DNA of 44,108 nucleotides from a virus (Duplodnaviria; Heunggongvirae; Uroviricota; Caudoviricetes): IMG/VR virus record IMGVR_UViG_2529292919_000018; one strand, 5' to 3'. Shown piece by piece: positions 26,177 to 35,636 of this stretch (position 1 is its first letter; each line of letters starts with the position of its first letter). The notes under the pieces were generated by a model. It saw only the letters and a program-made list of their open reading frames with translations, ran no database searches and was not told where the DNA came from. The position numbers and the translations under genes were made by a program.

Positions 26177-26804
26177 TGTACCGCTGAGTCTGAAATCTGT
26201 CAGTGACTCCGGTGAGTTTGAAGGGTATGGCTCCGTCTTTGGTGTAAAGGACAGCCACGATGATGTGGTGGTCCCCGGTGCCTTTACCACAACACTCGAG
26301 AAATGGAGCGAAAAAAAGGCGCTGCCTGCGTTGCTCTGGCAGCACCGCATGGATGAGCCCATCGGTGTGTACACCGAAATGAAAGAAGATGATGTCGGGC
26401 TTTATGTCAGGGGGCGATTACTCGTTGATGATGATCCCCTGGCAAAACGTGCACACGCCCATATGAAGGCCGGTTCTTTAACCGGCCTTTCTGTTGGCTA
26501 CATCCTGAAAGACTGGGAGTACGACCGGGAAAAAGGGGTATTCCTGCTGAAAGAGATCGACCTGTGGGAGGTCAGTCTGGTGACGTTTCCTTCCAATGAT
26601 GAAGCACGCATCAGCGATGTGAAAAATGCGCTGGCGCGTGGGGAGATCCCTGATCAGAAAATTATTGAGCGAGTCCTGCGCGATGTTGGACTCTCGCGAA
26701 CCCAGGCCAAAGCATTCATGGCCGGGGGATATGGCGCTTTATCCCTGCGTGATGCTGAGGATGTGGATGTCGCACTGAATGCACTGAAAAATCTTAAATT
26801 TTAA
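26154..26804 (+). CDS. Prohead protease (HK97 family, S78)
   Basis: ATG 26154 after AAGGA; GYGSVFGVKDSHDDVVVPGAF N-terminal signature. Confidence 0.85.
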   Translation: MQTKQRLDVPLSLKSVSDSGEFEGYGSVFGVKDSHDDVVVPGAFTTTLEKWSEKKALPALLWQHRMDEPIGVYTEMKEDDVGLYVRGRLLVDDDPLAKRAHAHMKAGSLTGLSVGYILKDWEYDREKGVFLLKEIDLWEVSLVTFPSNDEARISDVKNALARGEIPDQKIIERVLRDVGLSRTQAKAFMAGGYGALSLRDAEDVDVALNALKNLKF

Positions 26805-26817
26805 CCAGGAGTAAATA

Positions 26818-28044
26818 ATGGCTGTTGATATTAAAGACGTTGAACAGGTCGCGCAGGATTTGCAGCAGAAGTTTGACGATTTTAAGGCAAAAAACGACAA
26901 GCGCATTGACGCGATCGAACAGGAAAAAAGCAAGCTGGCCGAACAGGTGGAAAGCCTGAACGGGCAAATCAGCGAGCTGGAAAACCTGAAAAGCGATCTT
27001 GAGGCTGAGCTGGCTGAAGTTAAGCGTCCGGCAGGCGGCACGAAAAATAAAGTTGCCGGTGAACACAAAGAAGCGTTTATCGGATTTATGCGCAAGGGGC
27101 GTGAAGACGGTCTGCGTGAACTTGAACGTAAGGCGCTTCAGGTGGGCAATGATGAAGATGGTGGTTATGCCATTCCGGAAGAACTGGATCGTACCATCCT
27201 GACGCTGTTGAAAGATGAGGTGGTGATGCGCCAGGAAGCCACCGTGATCACCCTCGGTGGCTCGGATTATAAAAAACTGGTGAATCTGGGCGGCACTAAG
27301 TCCGGATGGGTGGGGGAAACGGATACGCGTCCGGAAACCGCCACCTCAAAACTGGGGCTGATTGAACCCTTTATGGGGGAAATCTACGGCAACCCGCAGG
27401 CCACCCAGAAAATGCTCGATGACGCTTTCTTCAATGTGGAAGACTGGATCAACAGTGAGCTGGCGCTGGAATTTGCCGAACAGGAAGAAATGGCCTTTAC
27501 CAGTGGCGACGGCAGCAAAAAACCAAAAGGTTTTCTGGCTTATGAGTCCACCGATGAAGATGACAAAACCCGTAAGTTTGGCAAACTTCAGCATATCGCT
27601 TCCGGTGCGGCTTCCGGCGTGACCGCTGATGCGATCATTAAACTGATTTACACCCTGCGTAAGGCGCACCGCAGCGGCGCGAAGTTCATGATGAACAACA
27701 GCAGCCTGTTTGCCATTCGTCTGCTGAAGGATAACGACGGAAATTATCTGTGGCGTCCGGGTATTGAGCTGGGTCAGCCTTCTTCTCTGGCAGGGTATGG
27801 CATCGTTGAGAATGAGCAGATGCCGGATATTGCTGCCGATGCAAAAGCCATTGCGTTTGGTAACTTCAAACGTGGCTATACCATCGTTGATCGCATCGGT
27901 ACCCGTATCCTGCGCGATCCGTACACCAACAAACCGTTTGTGGGTTTTTATACCACCAAGCGAACCGGCGGTATGCTGGTGGATTCTCAGGCGATTAAGC
28001 TGATGAAAATTGGGGCTGCAACCCGCCAGAAAGCCACTGCGTAA
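26818..28044 (+). CDS. Major capsid protein (HK97 fold) with N-terminal coiled-coil delta domain
   Basis: 408 aa; N-terminal heptad-rich region then capsid core. Confidence 0.9.
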   Translation: MAVDIKDVEQVAQDLQQKFDDFKAKNDKRIDAIEQEKSKLAEQVESLNGQISELENLKSDLEAELAEVKRPAGGTKNKVAGEHKEAFIGFMRKGREDGLRELERKALQVGNDEDGGYAIPEELDRTILTLLKDEVVMRQEATVITLGGSDYKKLVNLGGTKSGWVGETDTRPETATSKLGLIEPFMGEIYGNPQATQKMLDDAFFNVEDWINSELALEFAEQEEMAFTSGDGSKKPKGFLAYESTDEDDKTRKFGKLQHIASGAASGVTADAIIKLIYTLRKAHRSGAKFMMNNSSLFAIRLLKDNDGNYLWRPGIELGQPSSLAGYGIVENEQMPDIAADAKAIAFGNFKRGYTIVDRIGTRILRDPYTNKPFVGFYTTKRTGGMLVDSQAIKLMKIGAATRQKATA

Positions 28045-28090
28045 TGCGGTTTTTTTTGTGCCCGCGTAATGGCGGGCACAGGAGGAAAAT

Positions 28091-28414
28091 ATGCTCCTGA
28101 AAGAAGAGGAAATTAAATCTCACCTCCGGCTCGATGATGGTTTGTACAGTGACGGCGATTTTCTGAAATTGCTGGCACAGGCGGTACAGAAAAGAACAGA
28201 GACATACCTGAACAGGAAGTTGTATGCACCGGAAGAGACGATTCCGGAAGACGATCCTGACGGGATGCATCTGACTGATGACGTTCGTCTGGCAATGCTG
28301 ATGCTGGTCAGTCATTTCTATGAAAATCGCTCAACGATCACCGATGTGGAGAAACTGGAAACGCCAATGAGTTTCAGATGGCTTGCTGGCCCTTACAGGA
28401 TTGTCCCGCTATGA
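28091..28414 (+). CDS. Head-tail connector (gp6-like)
   Basis: 107 aa directly after capsid gene. Confidence 0.65.
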   Translation: MLLKEEEIKSHLRLDDGLYSDGDFLKLLAQAVQKRTETYLNRKLYAPEETIPEDDPDGMHLTDDVRLAMLMLVSHFYENRSTITDVEKLETPMSFRWLAGPYRIVPL

Positions 28415-28827
28415 AAATCAGGCAAAGTCAGACCAGTGCCACTTACCTTTTACCGGATCCCGGAGAGCTGAATCGCCGGATAAAGATCCGCCTTCGGGTG
28501 GATGAACCCACCGCTGATTTTGGTACGGAGCCAACGTATCCGGAGTCGTTTGATGTCTGGGCAAAGGTGGCTCAGCCAGGCGCTGCCGCTTATCAGGGCT
28601 CAGTGCAGACAGAAAATGTCGTTACGCATTATTTTACAATCCGTTTCCGTCACGGCATCACGGCAGATCATGAGGTGGTTTATTACGGTCAGGAGTACCG
28701 GATCCGGCGAATACGCGACCTGAACGGTCAGCGACGTTTTTTATTACTGGAATGTGAGGAACTGCGTACAGCGCGACGATGGGGTGAATGCCATGAATCA
28801 GACAGCATTTTTACACGTCGACTTTAA
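28411..28827 (+). CDS. Head closure / head-tail adaptor
   Basis: ATG 28411 overlaps upstream stop (ATGA). Confidence 0.55.
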   Translation: MKIRQSQTSATYLLPDPGELNRRIKIRLRVDEPTADFGTEPTYPESFDVWAKVAQPGAAAYQGSVQTENVVTHYFTIRFRHGITADHEVVYYGQEYRIRRIRDLNGQRRFLLLECEELRTARRWGECHESDSIFTRRL

Positions 28828-29317
28828 ACAACCAAAGGAGCTGGAGTTTAATCGTGCCCGTCTGCGGCGGGCATTTGTGCAGATCGGGCGCGTCTATATG
28901 CGCGACGCCAGACGCCTGGTGATTAAACGCGGGCGTTCCGGTCCGGGAGAGAATCCGGGATATCAGACCGGGCGTCTGGCCCGCTCCATCGGTTATTACA
29001 TTCCCAAAAAAACGACGCGTCGCCCCGGACTGATGGTGAAAATTTCTCCTAACCAGAAAAACGGGCAGGGGAATCGCCGTTTCCATGAAGGCGCATCCTA
29101 TTATCCGGCATTTCTGTATTACGGCGTTCGCCATTCAGCGTATGGAATGGATAAAAAGGATAAGCGACAGAAGAAGCACCATTCTTCGACTTTCCGGCTG
29201 GCCCCGCGTAATAACTTTATGGCTGACGTTATTGAGCGGCGGCGTCACTGGACGCAGGAACTGTTGTCCCGTGAGCTGCAGCGTTCGTTACGTCCGGTAA
29301 AAAGGAAGCATAAATGA
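28793..29317 (+). CDS. HK97 gp10-like neck/tail component
   Basis: Internal ATG 28793 of track ORF; basic protein in neck module. Confidence 0.45.
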   Translation: MNQTAFLHVDFKQPKELEFNRARLRRAFVQIGRVYMRDARRLVIKRGRSGPGENPGYQTGRLARSIGYYIPKKTTRRPGLMVKISPNQKNGQGNRRFHEGASYYPAFLYYGVRHSAYGMDKKDKRQKKHHSSTFRLAPRNNFMADVIERRRHWTQELLSRELQRSLRPVKRKHK

Positions 29318-29877
29318 AACTGACAACGATAATTGCGGCGTTGCGTGAGCGATGCCCGCGTTTTGAGGATCGTGTTGGTGGCGCGGCGCAGTTTAAGGCG
29401 ATCCCTGATGCCGGAAAACTGCGACTGCCTGCTGCCTATGTGGTTCCCTCTGACGATGCACCGGGGGAACAAAAATCACAGACCGATTACTGGCAGGATT
29501 TGACAGAAGGCTTCTCCGTGATTGTTGTGCTCAGCAATGAGCGTGATGAAAAAGGGCAGTGGGCAGCCTATGACGCCGTTCATGATGTCCGGAGAGAACT
29601 CTGGAAAGCCCTGCTTGGATGGATGCCGGATCCGCAGGGGGGCGAGATTGTTTATGCCGGTGGCACCCTGCTGGATCTGAACCGTTACGAACTGTATTAC
29701 CAGTTTGATTTTACGGCGAAGTATGAAATCACGGAAGAAGACACGCGACAGGCAGAGGACGTGAATGCCCTGCCGGATTTATCCCTGCTGAGTATTGATG
29801 TGGATTACATCGATCCTGGTACTGGCCCGGATGGTGACATTGAGCACCATCTGGAAATGCGTTTCCCTCAGAAATAA
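29314..29877 (+). CDS. Virion protein (tail completion/terminator candidate)
   Basis: 187 aa, overlapping start; precedes sheath module. Confidence 0.45.
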   Translation: MKLTTIIAALRERCPRFEDRVGGAAQFKAIPDAGKLRLPAAYVVPSDDAPGEQKSQTDYWQDLTEGFSVIVVLSNERDEKGQWAAYDAVHDVRRELWKALLGWMPDPQGGEIVYAGGTLLDLNRYELYYQFDFTAKYEITEEDTRQAEDVNALPDLSLLSIDVDYIDPGTGPDGDIEHHLEMRFPQK

Positions 29878-29886
29878 GAGTCCCGC

Positions 29887-30048
29887 ATGTTTGTGAAACC
29901 CCTGAAAGGGCGGTCAGTTCCTGACCCTGCCCGTGGAGACCTTTTGCCTTCTGACGGGCGAAATGTGGAAGAAAACAGCTACTGGTTCCGCCGTATAGCG
30001 GCGGGTGATGTGGTACGTGTTAAACAGGATAAGGCTAAAGAATCATGA
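29887..30048 (+). CDS. Small protein preceding tail sheath (53 aa)
   Basis: ATG 29887; stop overlaps sheath start (ATGA at 30045-30048); not in >=60-aa track. Confidence 0.35.
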   Translation: MFVKPLKGRSVPDPARGDLLPSDGRNVEENSYWFRRIAAGDVVRVKQDKAKES

Positions 30049-31541
30049 CAATAAGTTTTAGTGCTGTTCCGTCGAATACGCTGGTGCCGTTGTTCTACGC
30101 CGAGATGGACAATTCTGCGGCAAATACAGCGGTGACCAGCGCGCCTGCATTACTGATTGGGCATGCAGGCAACGATGCTGCCATTGAGGTTAACAGCCTG
30201 GTGCTGATGCCGTCGGCAGATTATGCCCGTCAGATTTGTGGAGCGGGGAGCCAGCTGGCGCGTATGGTCGAAGTATACCGTCAGACAGATCCTTTCGGTG
30301 AACTGTATGTTATTGCGGTACCGGAAGCCAAAGGGGCGGCGGCAACGGTCAGGGTGACGGTTACCGGAGAAGCAGAGGAAAGCGGCACCCTGAGTCTGTA
30401 TGTCGGGCGCTCCCGTGTACAGGTGCCTGTGGTGAATGGCGATAATGCCACTGCGGTTGCCACCGCGATTAAGGAAGCGGTAAATGGTGTTATCACCCTG
30501 CCGTTTACGGCGTCATCTGATGCAGGTGTGGTGACACTGACTGCCCGTCATAAGGGGCTGTATGGTAACGAGCTACCTGTCTGCCTGAATTATTATGGTT
30601 CTGGTGGTGGTGAAATTCTGCCTGCGGGACTTCAGGTCGTGACGGAAGCCGGAACTGCAGGTAGTGGAGCACCTGATCTTACCGCCGCTGTTGCCGCTAT
30701 GGGCGATGAGGTATTCGATTTTATCGGTCTGCCGTTCAACGATGCCGCCTCCATCAATATGATGATGACCGAAATGAATGACAGCAGCGGTCGCTGGAGT
30801 TATGCGCGCCAGTTATACGGGCATGTCTATACCGCAAAACTGGGAACGCTGTCAGAGCTGGTTGGTGCCGGAGATATGCATAATCAGCAACATATCACGC
30901 TTGCCGGTTACGAAAAAGAAACCCAGTCGCCTGTCGATGAACTGGTTGCCAGTCGCCTTGCCCGTGAAGCGGTATTTATCCGGAATGATCCTGCCCGTCC
31001 GACACAGACGGGGGAGCTGGTGGGGATGCTTCCGGCACCGAAAGGTAAGCGATTCATCATGACAGAGCAGCAGACCCTTTTATCTCACGGCGTGGCGACG
31101 GCTTATGTGGAAGGCGGCACGTTGCGGATCCAGCGTTCTGTAACCACCTACAAAAAGAATGCGTATGGCGTGGCAGACAACAGCTATCTGGACAGTGAAA
31201 CTCTGCATACCAGTGCATATGTTCTTCGCAAACTGAAATCGGTCATCACAAGCAAGTACGGACGTCACAAGCTGGCAAATGATGGTACCCGTTTTGGTCC
31301 GGGGCAGGCGATTGTCACTCCTGCCGTTATCAAAGGGGAACTTCTGGCGACATATCGTCAGATGGAGCGTGCCGGTATTGTGGAAAATTACGATCTGTTT
31401 AAACAGTATCTGATAGTTGAGCGTGATGCGGATAACCCGAACCGACTGAATACGCTGTTCCCGCCGGATTATGTTAATCAGTTACGTGTCTTTGCGGTGG
31501 TTAACCAGTTCCGTCTTCAGTATTCAGAGGAGTCAGCATAA
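30045..31541 (+). CDS. Tail sheath protein (Mu gpL-like)
   Basis: 498 aa; followed by tube, chaperone, tape measure and Mu-type baseplate genes. Confidence 0.8.
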   Translation: MTISFSAVPSNTLVPLFYAEMDNSAANTAVTSAPALLIGHAGNDAAIEVNSLVLMPSADYARQICGAGSQLARMVEVYRQTDPFGELYVIAVPEAKGAAATVRVTVTGEAEESGTLSLYVGRSRVQVPVVNGDNATAVATAIKEAVNGVITLPFTASSDAGVVTLTARHKGLYGNELPVCLNYYGSGGGEILPAGLQVVTEAGTAGSGAPDLTAAVAAMGDEVFDFIGLPFNDAASINMMMTEMNDSSGRWSYARQLYGHVYTAKLGTLSELVGAGDMHNQQHITLAGYEKETQSPVDELVASRLAREAVFIRNDPARPTQTGELVGMLPAPKGKRFIMTEQQTLLSHGVATAYVEGGTLRIQRSVTTYKKNAYGVADNSYLDSETLHTSAYVLRKLKSVITSKYGRHKLANDGTRFGPGQAIVTPAVIKGELLATYRQMERAGIVENYDLFKQYLIVERDADNPNRLNTLFPPDYVNQLRVFAVVNQFRLQYSEESA

Positions 31542-31896
31542 TGGCAAAGATCGCCGGAACCTGTTTTTTAAAGTGGATGGTCAGCAGTTATCGCTGACAG
31601 GTGGCATTGAAGTGCCGATGAACACCAATGTCCGGGATGATGTTGTCGGCATGGCAGGGGATGTGGATTACAAGGAGACCTGGCGGTCACCTTACGTTAA
31701 AGGCACGTTTAAAGTGCCCAAAAACTTTCCGGTCGACAAAATTACCACATCAGACCAGATGACGATTACCGCTGAACTGGCAAACGGCATGGTGTATGTG
31801 CTTTCGGCTGCATGGCTGCACGGAGAGGCTAACCATAATGCCGAAGAAGGCACGGCAGATCTTGAATTCCACGGCGAAGAGGGAGGGTATCAGTAA
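31541..31896 (+). CDS. Tail tube protein (Mu gpM-like), reading frame interrupted near 5' end
   Basis: ATG 31541 overlaps sheath stop (TAATG) after GAGGAG, but this frame stops after 18 codons; tube-like frame continues in -1 from T_TTT_TTA at 31564-31570 to 31896. Confidence 0.6.
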
Positions 31897-32231
31897 TGGC
31901 AATGAACGTTACAGAAATTGTTTTAAAAAAACCGGTGACAGCGCATAACGAAATGCTGCATGTGCTGGAGTTGCGCGAGCCCACGTATGACGAAATCGAG
32001 GCGCTGGGTTTTCCTTTCATTATTTCCGGTGAAGGCAGTATTAAACTGGACAGCCAGGTGGCACTGAAATATATCCCGTTGCTGGCGGGGATCCCGCGTT
32101 CATCGGCGGCGCAGATGGCAAAACTGGATATTTTTAAGACCAGTATGCAGATCCTGCGTTTTTTTACCCAGTCGGAGACGGGAAGCACCTCCGGAAACGA
32201 CTCTACAATGTTGCCTGGTTCTGGAAACTGA
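31896..32231 (+). CDS. Tail assembly chaperone (G-like), with predicted -1 frameshift extension to about 32323
   Basis: 111 aa; T7 run at 32159-32165 is an in-frame T_TTT_TTT heptamer; -1 frame open for 52 codons to TGA just inside the tape-measure start. Confidence 0.6.
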   Translation: MAMNVTEIVLKKPVTAHNEMLHVLELREPTYDEIEALGFPFIISGEGSIKLDSQVALKYIPLLAGIPRSSAAQMAKLDIFKTSMQILRFFTQSETGSTSGNDSTMLPGSGN

Positions 32232-32315
32232 ATCCACTGGAGCTGCGACGGGTGGCTATTTCGCAGTTTACAGAACTGGAAGCCGAGGCCGTCCGCATTA
32301 ACGAGGAGATGAAGC

Positions 32316-34229
32316 ATGGCTGACAGTTTTCAGCTGAAGGCGATCATCACTGCCGTGGATAAGGTGTCGGCACCGCTGAAAGGGATGCAGCGCCAGCTGA
32401 AAGGCTTTAAAAAGGAGTTTGCCAGCCTGTCTCTGGGCGCAGCGGGTGCCGGAACCGCAGTACTGGGGGCGCTGGCGCTCCCGGTCAAATCTGCCATTGC
32501 CCTTGAATCAAAAATGGCGGATGTCCGGAAAGTGGTGGATGGTCTGGATACGCCGGAAGCGTTTAAGGCAATGACGGAGCAGGTGCGCGACCTGTCAACA
32601 GAACTGCCCATGTCGGCGGAAGGTATCGCCGAAATTGTGGCGGCGGGTGGTCAGGCTGGTATCGCCCGTGACGAGCTGATGCAGTTTACTGACGATGCCG
32701 TGAAGATGGGCGTGGCTTTTGACACCACGGCAGAAGAATCCGGTCAGATGATGGCACAGTGGCGCACTGCCTTTAAACTGACACAGGGAGAGGTGGCAGG
32801 ACTTGCGGACAAGATTAACTATCTTGGTAATACCGGTCCTGCAAGTGCGAAAAAGATTTCTGATATTGTGACCCGTATTGGCCCTTTAGGCAGTGTTGCG
32901 GGTGTGGCCTCCGGAGAGATTGCCGCAATGGGGGCAACCATTGCCGGAATGGGGGTGGAATCAGAAATTGCGGCGACGGGGATAAAGAATTTTATGTTGT
33001 CGCTGACGGCGGGGGATTCTGCCACCAAATCGCAGAAAAAAGTGCTCCGCTCGTTGCGCATTAGCCCGAAAAAACTGGCGGCGGATATGCAGAAAGACGC
33101 CCGTGGGGCCATGCTGCACGTACTGGATTCTCTGGCGAAAGTGCCGAAAGAAAAACAGGCCGCCGCGCTTAATGAGCTGTTCGGCAAGGAATCTTCTGGA
33201 TCCATCGCGCCTCTACTCACGAATCTGGATTTGTTGCGAACCAACTTTAATCGTGTGGCGGATGCGCAGCAGTATGGCGGCTCAATGCAGAAAGAATATG
33301 CCGCCCGTGCCGCGACGACGGAAAATCAGTTGTTGCTGCTGCAGAACCAGATCAATGCGATTTCTTCCACGCTGGGGGAAACCTTCCTGCCTTCAATCAA
33401 TGAAGGCATAAAAGAGATGAAGCCTTTTCTGGAAGAAGTGCGCACGTTTGTCAGAGAAAATCCTGAGGTCGTAAAAACCATCGCGAAAACTGGTGCGGCA
33501 TTACTGACGATGGGCGTGGCGATTGGCACATTGACACGCATAACAAAAATCATGGGTAGCGTGATGAATATGACGCCGGCAAAGGGATTAATTGCGCTTC
33601 TCGTCGGTGGTGCATATCTCATAATTGATAACTGGGAAACCGTTGGACCGGTTATTAAAAATGTCTGGGAAGTCATTGATAGCACCGCCCAGGCTATGGG
33701 GGGATGGGAAACGATCCTTAAAGCAATCGCCATTTTTATGGCGACAAAGTGGGTCACCGATGTCACTAAATCAATCAGCATTGTGACGAAGGATATGCGC
33801 ACACTCGGCAAGGTCACTGCCGCTACCGGATTGTTTGGTAAAGGCGGGGGCGTTATCGGAAAAGCCGGTGTATATGGGGTGCTGGCTTCTATGATGTGGG
33901 AGCCCGTCGAAAATGCACTTGAATCAATTCTGCCTGAGGGCGATGTTAACTGGGCCAGGGATCATGGCATATATCTGGCCTCTGACTGGACCCCGTTTTT
34001 TAATCGAAAAAATTATGAGGAATACCAGGCATCCCTTAATCAGCCGCGTCAGTACAAACCGAATGTTCCTTTGCTTAATCCGGCGATATCGTCTGTGGCA
34101 GCACGTGGTGAAATCAAAGTCACGTTTGACAATGCGCCACAGGGAATGCGCGTTATCGATTTGCCGAAAACAGGCGATCCCTTTATGAAAATAACCCATG
34201 ACGTTGGGTATTCACCTTTCAGGCGTTAA
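32316..34229 (+). CDS. Tail tape measure protein
   Basis: 637 aa, Ala/Gly-rich helical protein with hydrophobic central segment. Confidence 0.85.
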   Translation: MADSFQLKAIITAVDKVSAPLKGMQRQLKGFKKEFASLSLGAAGAGTAVLGALALPVKSAIALESKMADVRKVVDGLDTPEAFKAMTEQVRDLSTELPMSAEGIAEIVAAGGQAGIARDELMQFTDDAVKMGVAFDTTAEESGQMMAQWRTAFKLTQGEVAGLADKINYLGNTGPASAKKISDIVTRIGPLGSVAGVASGEIAAMGATIAGMGVESEIAATGIKNFMLSLTAGDSATKSQKKVLRSLRISPKKLAADMQKDARGAMLHVLDSLAKVPKEKQAAALNELFGKESSGSIAPLLTNLDLLRTNFNRVADAQQYGGSMQKEYAARAATTENQLLLLQNQINAISSTLGETFLPSINEGIKEMKPFLEEVRTFVRENPEVVKTIAKTGAALLTMGVAIGTLTRITKIMGSVMNMTPAKGLIALLVGGAYLIIDNWETVGPVIKNVWEVIDSTAQAMGGWETILKAIAIFMATKWVTDVTKSISIVTKDMRTLGKVTAATGLFGKGGGVIGKAGVYGVLASMMWEPVENALESILPEGDVNWARDHGIYLASDWTPFFNRKNYEEYQASLNQPRQYKPNVPLLNPAISSVAARGEIKVTFDNAPQGMRVIDLPKTGDPFMKITHDVGYSPFRR

Positions 34230-34244
34230 TAATGGGGTATCAGA

Positions 34245-35636
34245 ATGGATTTTCCTTCCTTACCTTCTTTGTCCTCTTTGTTTTCTTCATCTTCCGGAAC
34301 GACCTGGCGCGATAATCTTTACGATGCTTCATTTCGCGGCGTTCCGTTTTCGGTGGAGAGCGACGAGGGTTCGTTCGGACGCCGCGTTCAGGTTCATGAA
34401 TATCCAAACCGTGACAAACCGTACACGGAGGATCTCGGGCGTGCCACGCGACGGCTGACGATTAATGCGTATCTCGTTGGTGATGATTACGCAGAGCAGC
34501 GCGACAGGCTGATTACAGCGATTGAAACCGCCGGGCCGGGGACGCTGATCCATCCGCAGTTCGGTGAAATGCAGGGCTGTATTGACGGGCAGGTGACCGT
34601 TTCTCACTCCGGCACTGAAGGCCGTATGTGCCGGGTTTCATTTCAGTTTGTTGAGAGCGGGGAACTGTCATTTCCGGTCGCCGGAGCTGCAACCGCCAGA
34701 AAACTGGAGGAGTCGTCCGTATTCCTGGATGAGTTGATTGAAGACATGTTCGGCGATTTTGATCTCGCGGGAATGCCGGACTTTATTCAGAACGATGTTA
34801 TTGCCCGGACGACCGATATGCTGGGAACCGTTCAGACAGCTTTCAAAATGGTTAATTCGGCTGTTTCTGCCGGAGCGAGACTGCTGCAGGGCGATTTATC
34901 CGTCATTCTGATGCCGCCGTCGGTTGCCAGTGATTTTGTGCATATGTTGCAGGATACCTGGCGGGCCGGAACCAGACTGGTGGATAACACACAGGATCTG
35001 GTGCAGTCCATAACAACAATGTCCGGTATTACGCTGGATCCAGGACTGGCACCGCGTGCGGTGTGGCCCACAGATTCCGCATCGGTTGTCAGGCAAAAAC
35101 AGCAGACAAATCTGGTGGCAGCCGTCATCCGGACGACGGCAATCAGCGAGGCTGTAAGGGCGGTATCTTCACTGCCGCAACCCGGAAGTCTGGTGAAAAA
35201 TCAGCAGGCGGTTGTGGCTGTTGGTGGTTCCACTGAACGTCAGTCCGATATTATTCATGTTTCTCATCCGGCGCTTGGCAGCGTGGCAGCCAGCACAGAA
35301 CAGGATGAAACAGCGCAACCACCCACGCGGGAAAAACTTACCATCATACGCGAATCGCTGAATGCGGCGATTGAACAGGAGCTCAGACGCACGATGGACG
35401 ACGGGCTGTTTTTTCAGCTGACGTCATTACGTACAGAGCTGAACCGGGATATTCAGGCGCGTCTGGTTCAGACGGAGGAAACCGCAGAGCGAACGCCAGC
35501 GGAGGTGCTGCCTGCACTTGTTCTGGCTGCGTCATGGTACGACGATGCGTCCCGTGAAACAGATATCCTGGATCGAAATGCCATCTCCCATCCGGGCTTT
35601 GTTCCGGTCAGGACATTAAGGGTACCCGTCAGATGA
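34245..35636 (+). CDS. DNA circulation protein (Mu gpN-like)
   Basis: N-terminal WRDNLYDASFRGVPFSVESDEGSFGRRVQVHEYPNRDKPYTEDLGR segment typical of this family. Confidence 0.8.
   Translation: MDFPSLPSLSSLFSSSSGTTWRDNLYDASFRGVPFSVESDEGSFGRRVQVHEYPNRDKPYTEDLGRATRRLTINAYLVGDDYAEQRDRLITAIETAGPGTLIHPQFGEMQGCIDGQVTVSHSGTEGRMCRVSFQFVESGELSFPVAGAATARKLEESSVFLDELIEDMFGDFDLAGMPDFIQNDVIARTTDMLGTVQTAFKMVNSAVSAGARLLQGDLSVILMPPSVASDFVHMLQDTWRAGTRLVDNTQDLVQSITTMSGITLDPGLAPRAVWPTDSASVVRQKQQTNLVAAVIRTTAISEAVRAVSSLPQPGSLVKNQQAVVAVGGSTERQSDIIHVSHPALGSVAASTEQDETAQPPTREKLTIIRESLNAAIEQELRRTMDDGLFFQLTSLRTELNRDIQARLVQTEETAERTPAEVLPALVLAASWYDDASRETDILDRNAISHPGFVPVRTLRVPVR

Noticed and set aside
28058-28079. Hairpin GTGCCCGC-GTAATG-GCGGGCAC after the major capsid gene as a terminator
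   Set aside because: The T-run lies upstream, not downstream, of the stem on the coding strand, so it is not a canonical intrinsic terminator for rightward transcription. It may be an RNA stability or attenuation element.
32330-33817. Minus-strand ORFs (93-163 aa) inside the tape-measure gene
   Set aside because: Antisense to a long, well-supported structural gene; Ala/Ser/Pro-rich translations characteristic of GC-rich antisense frames.
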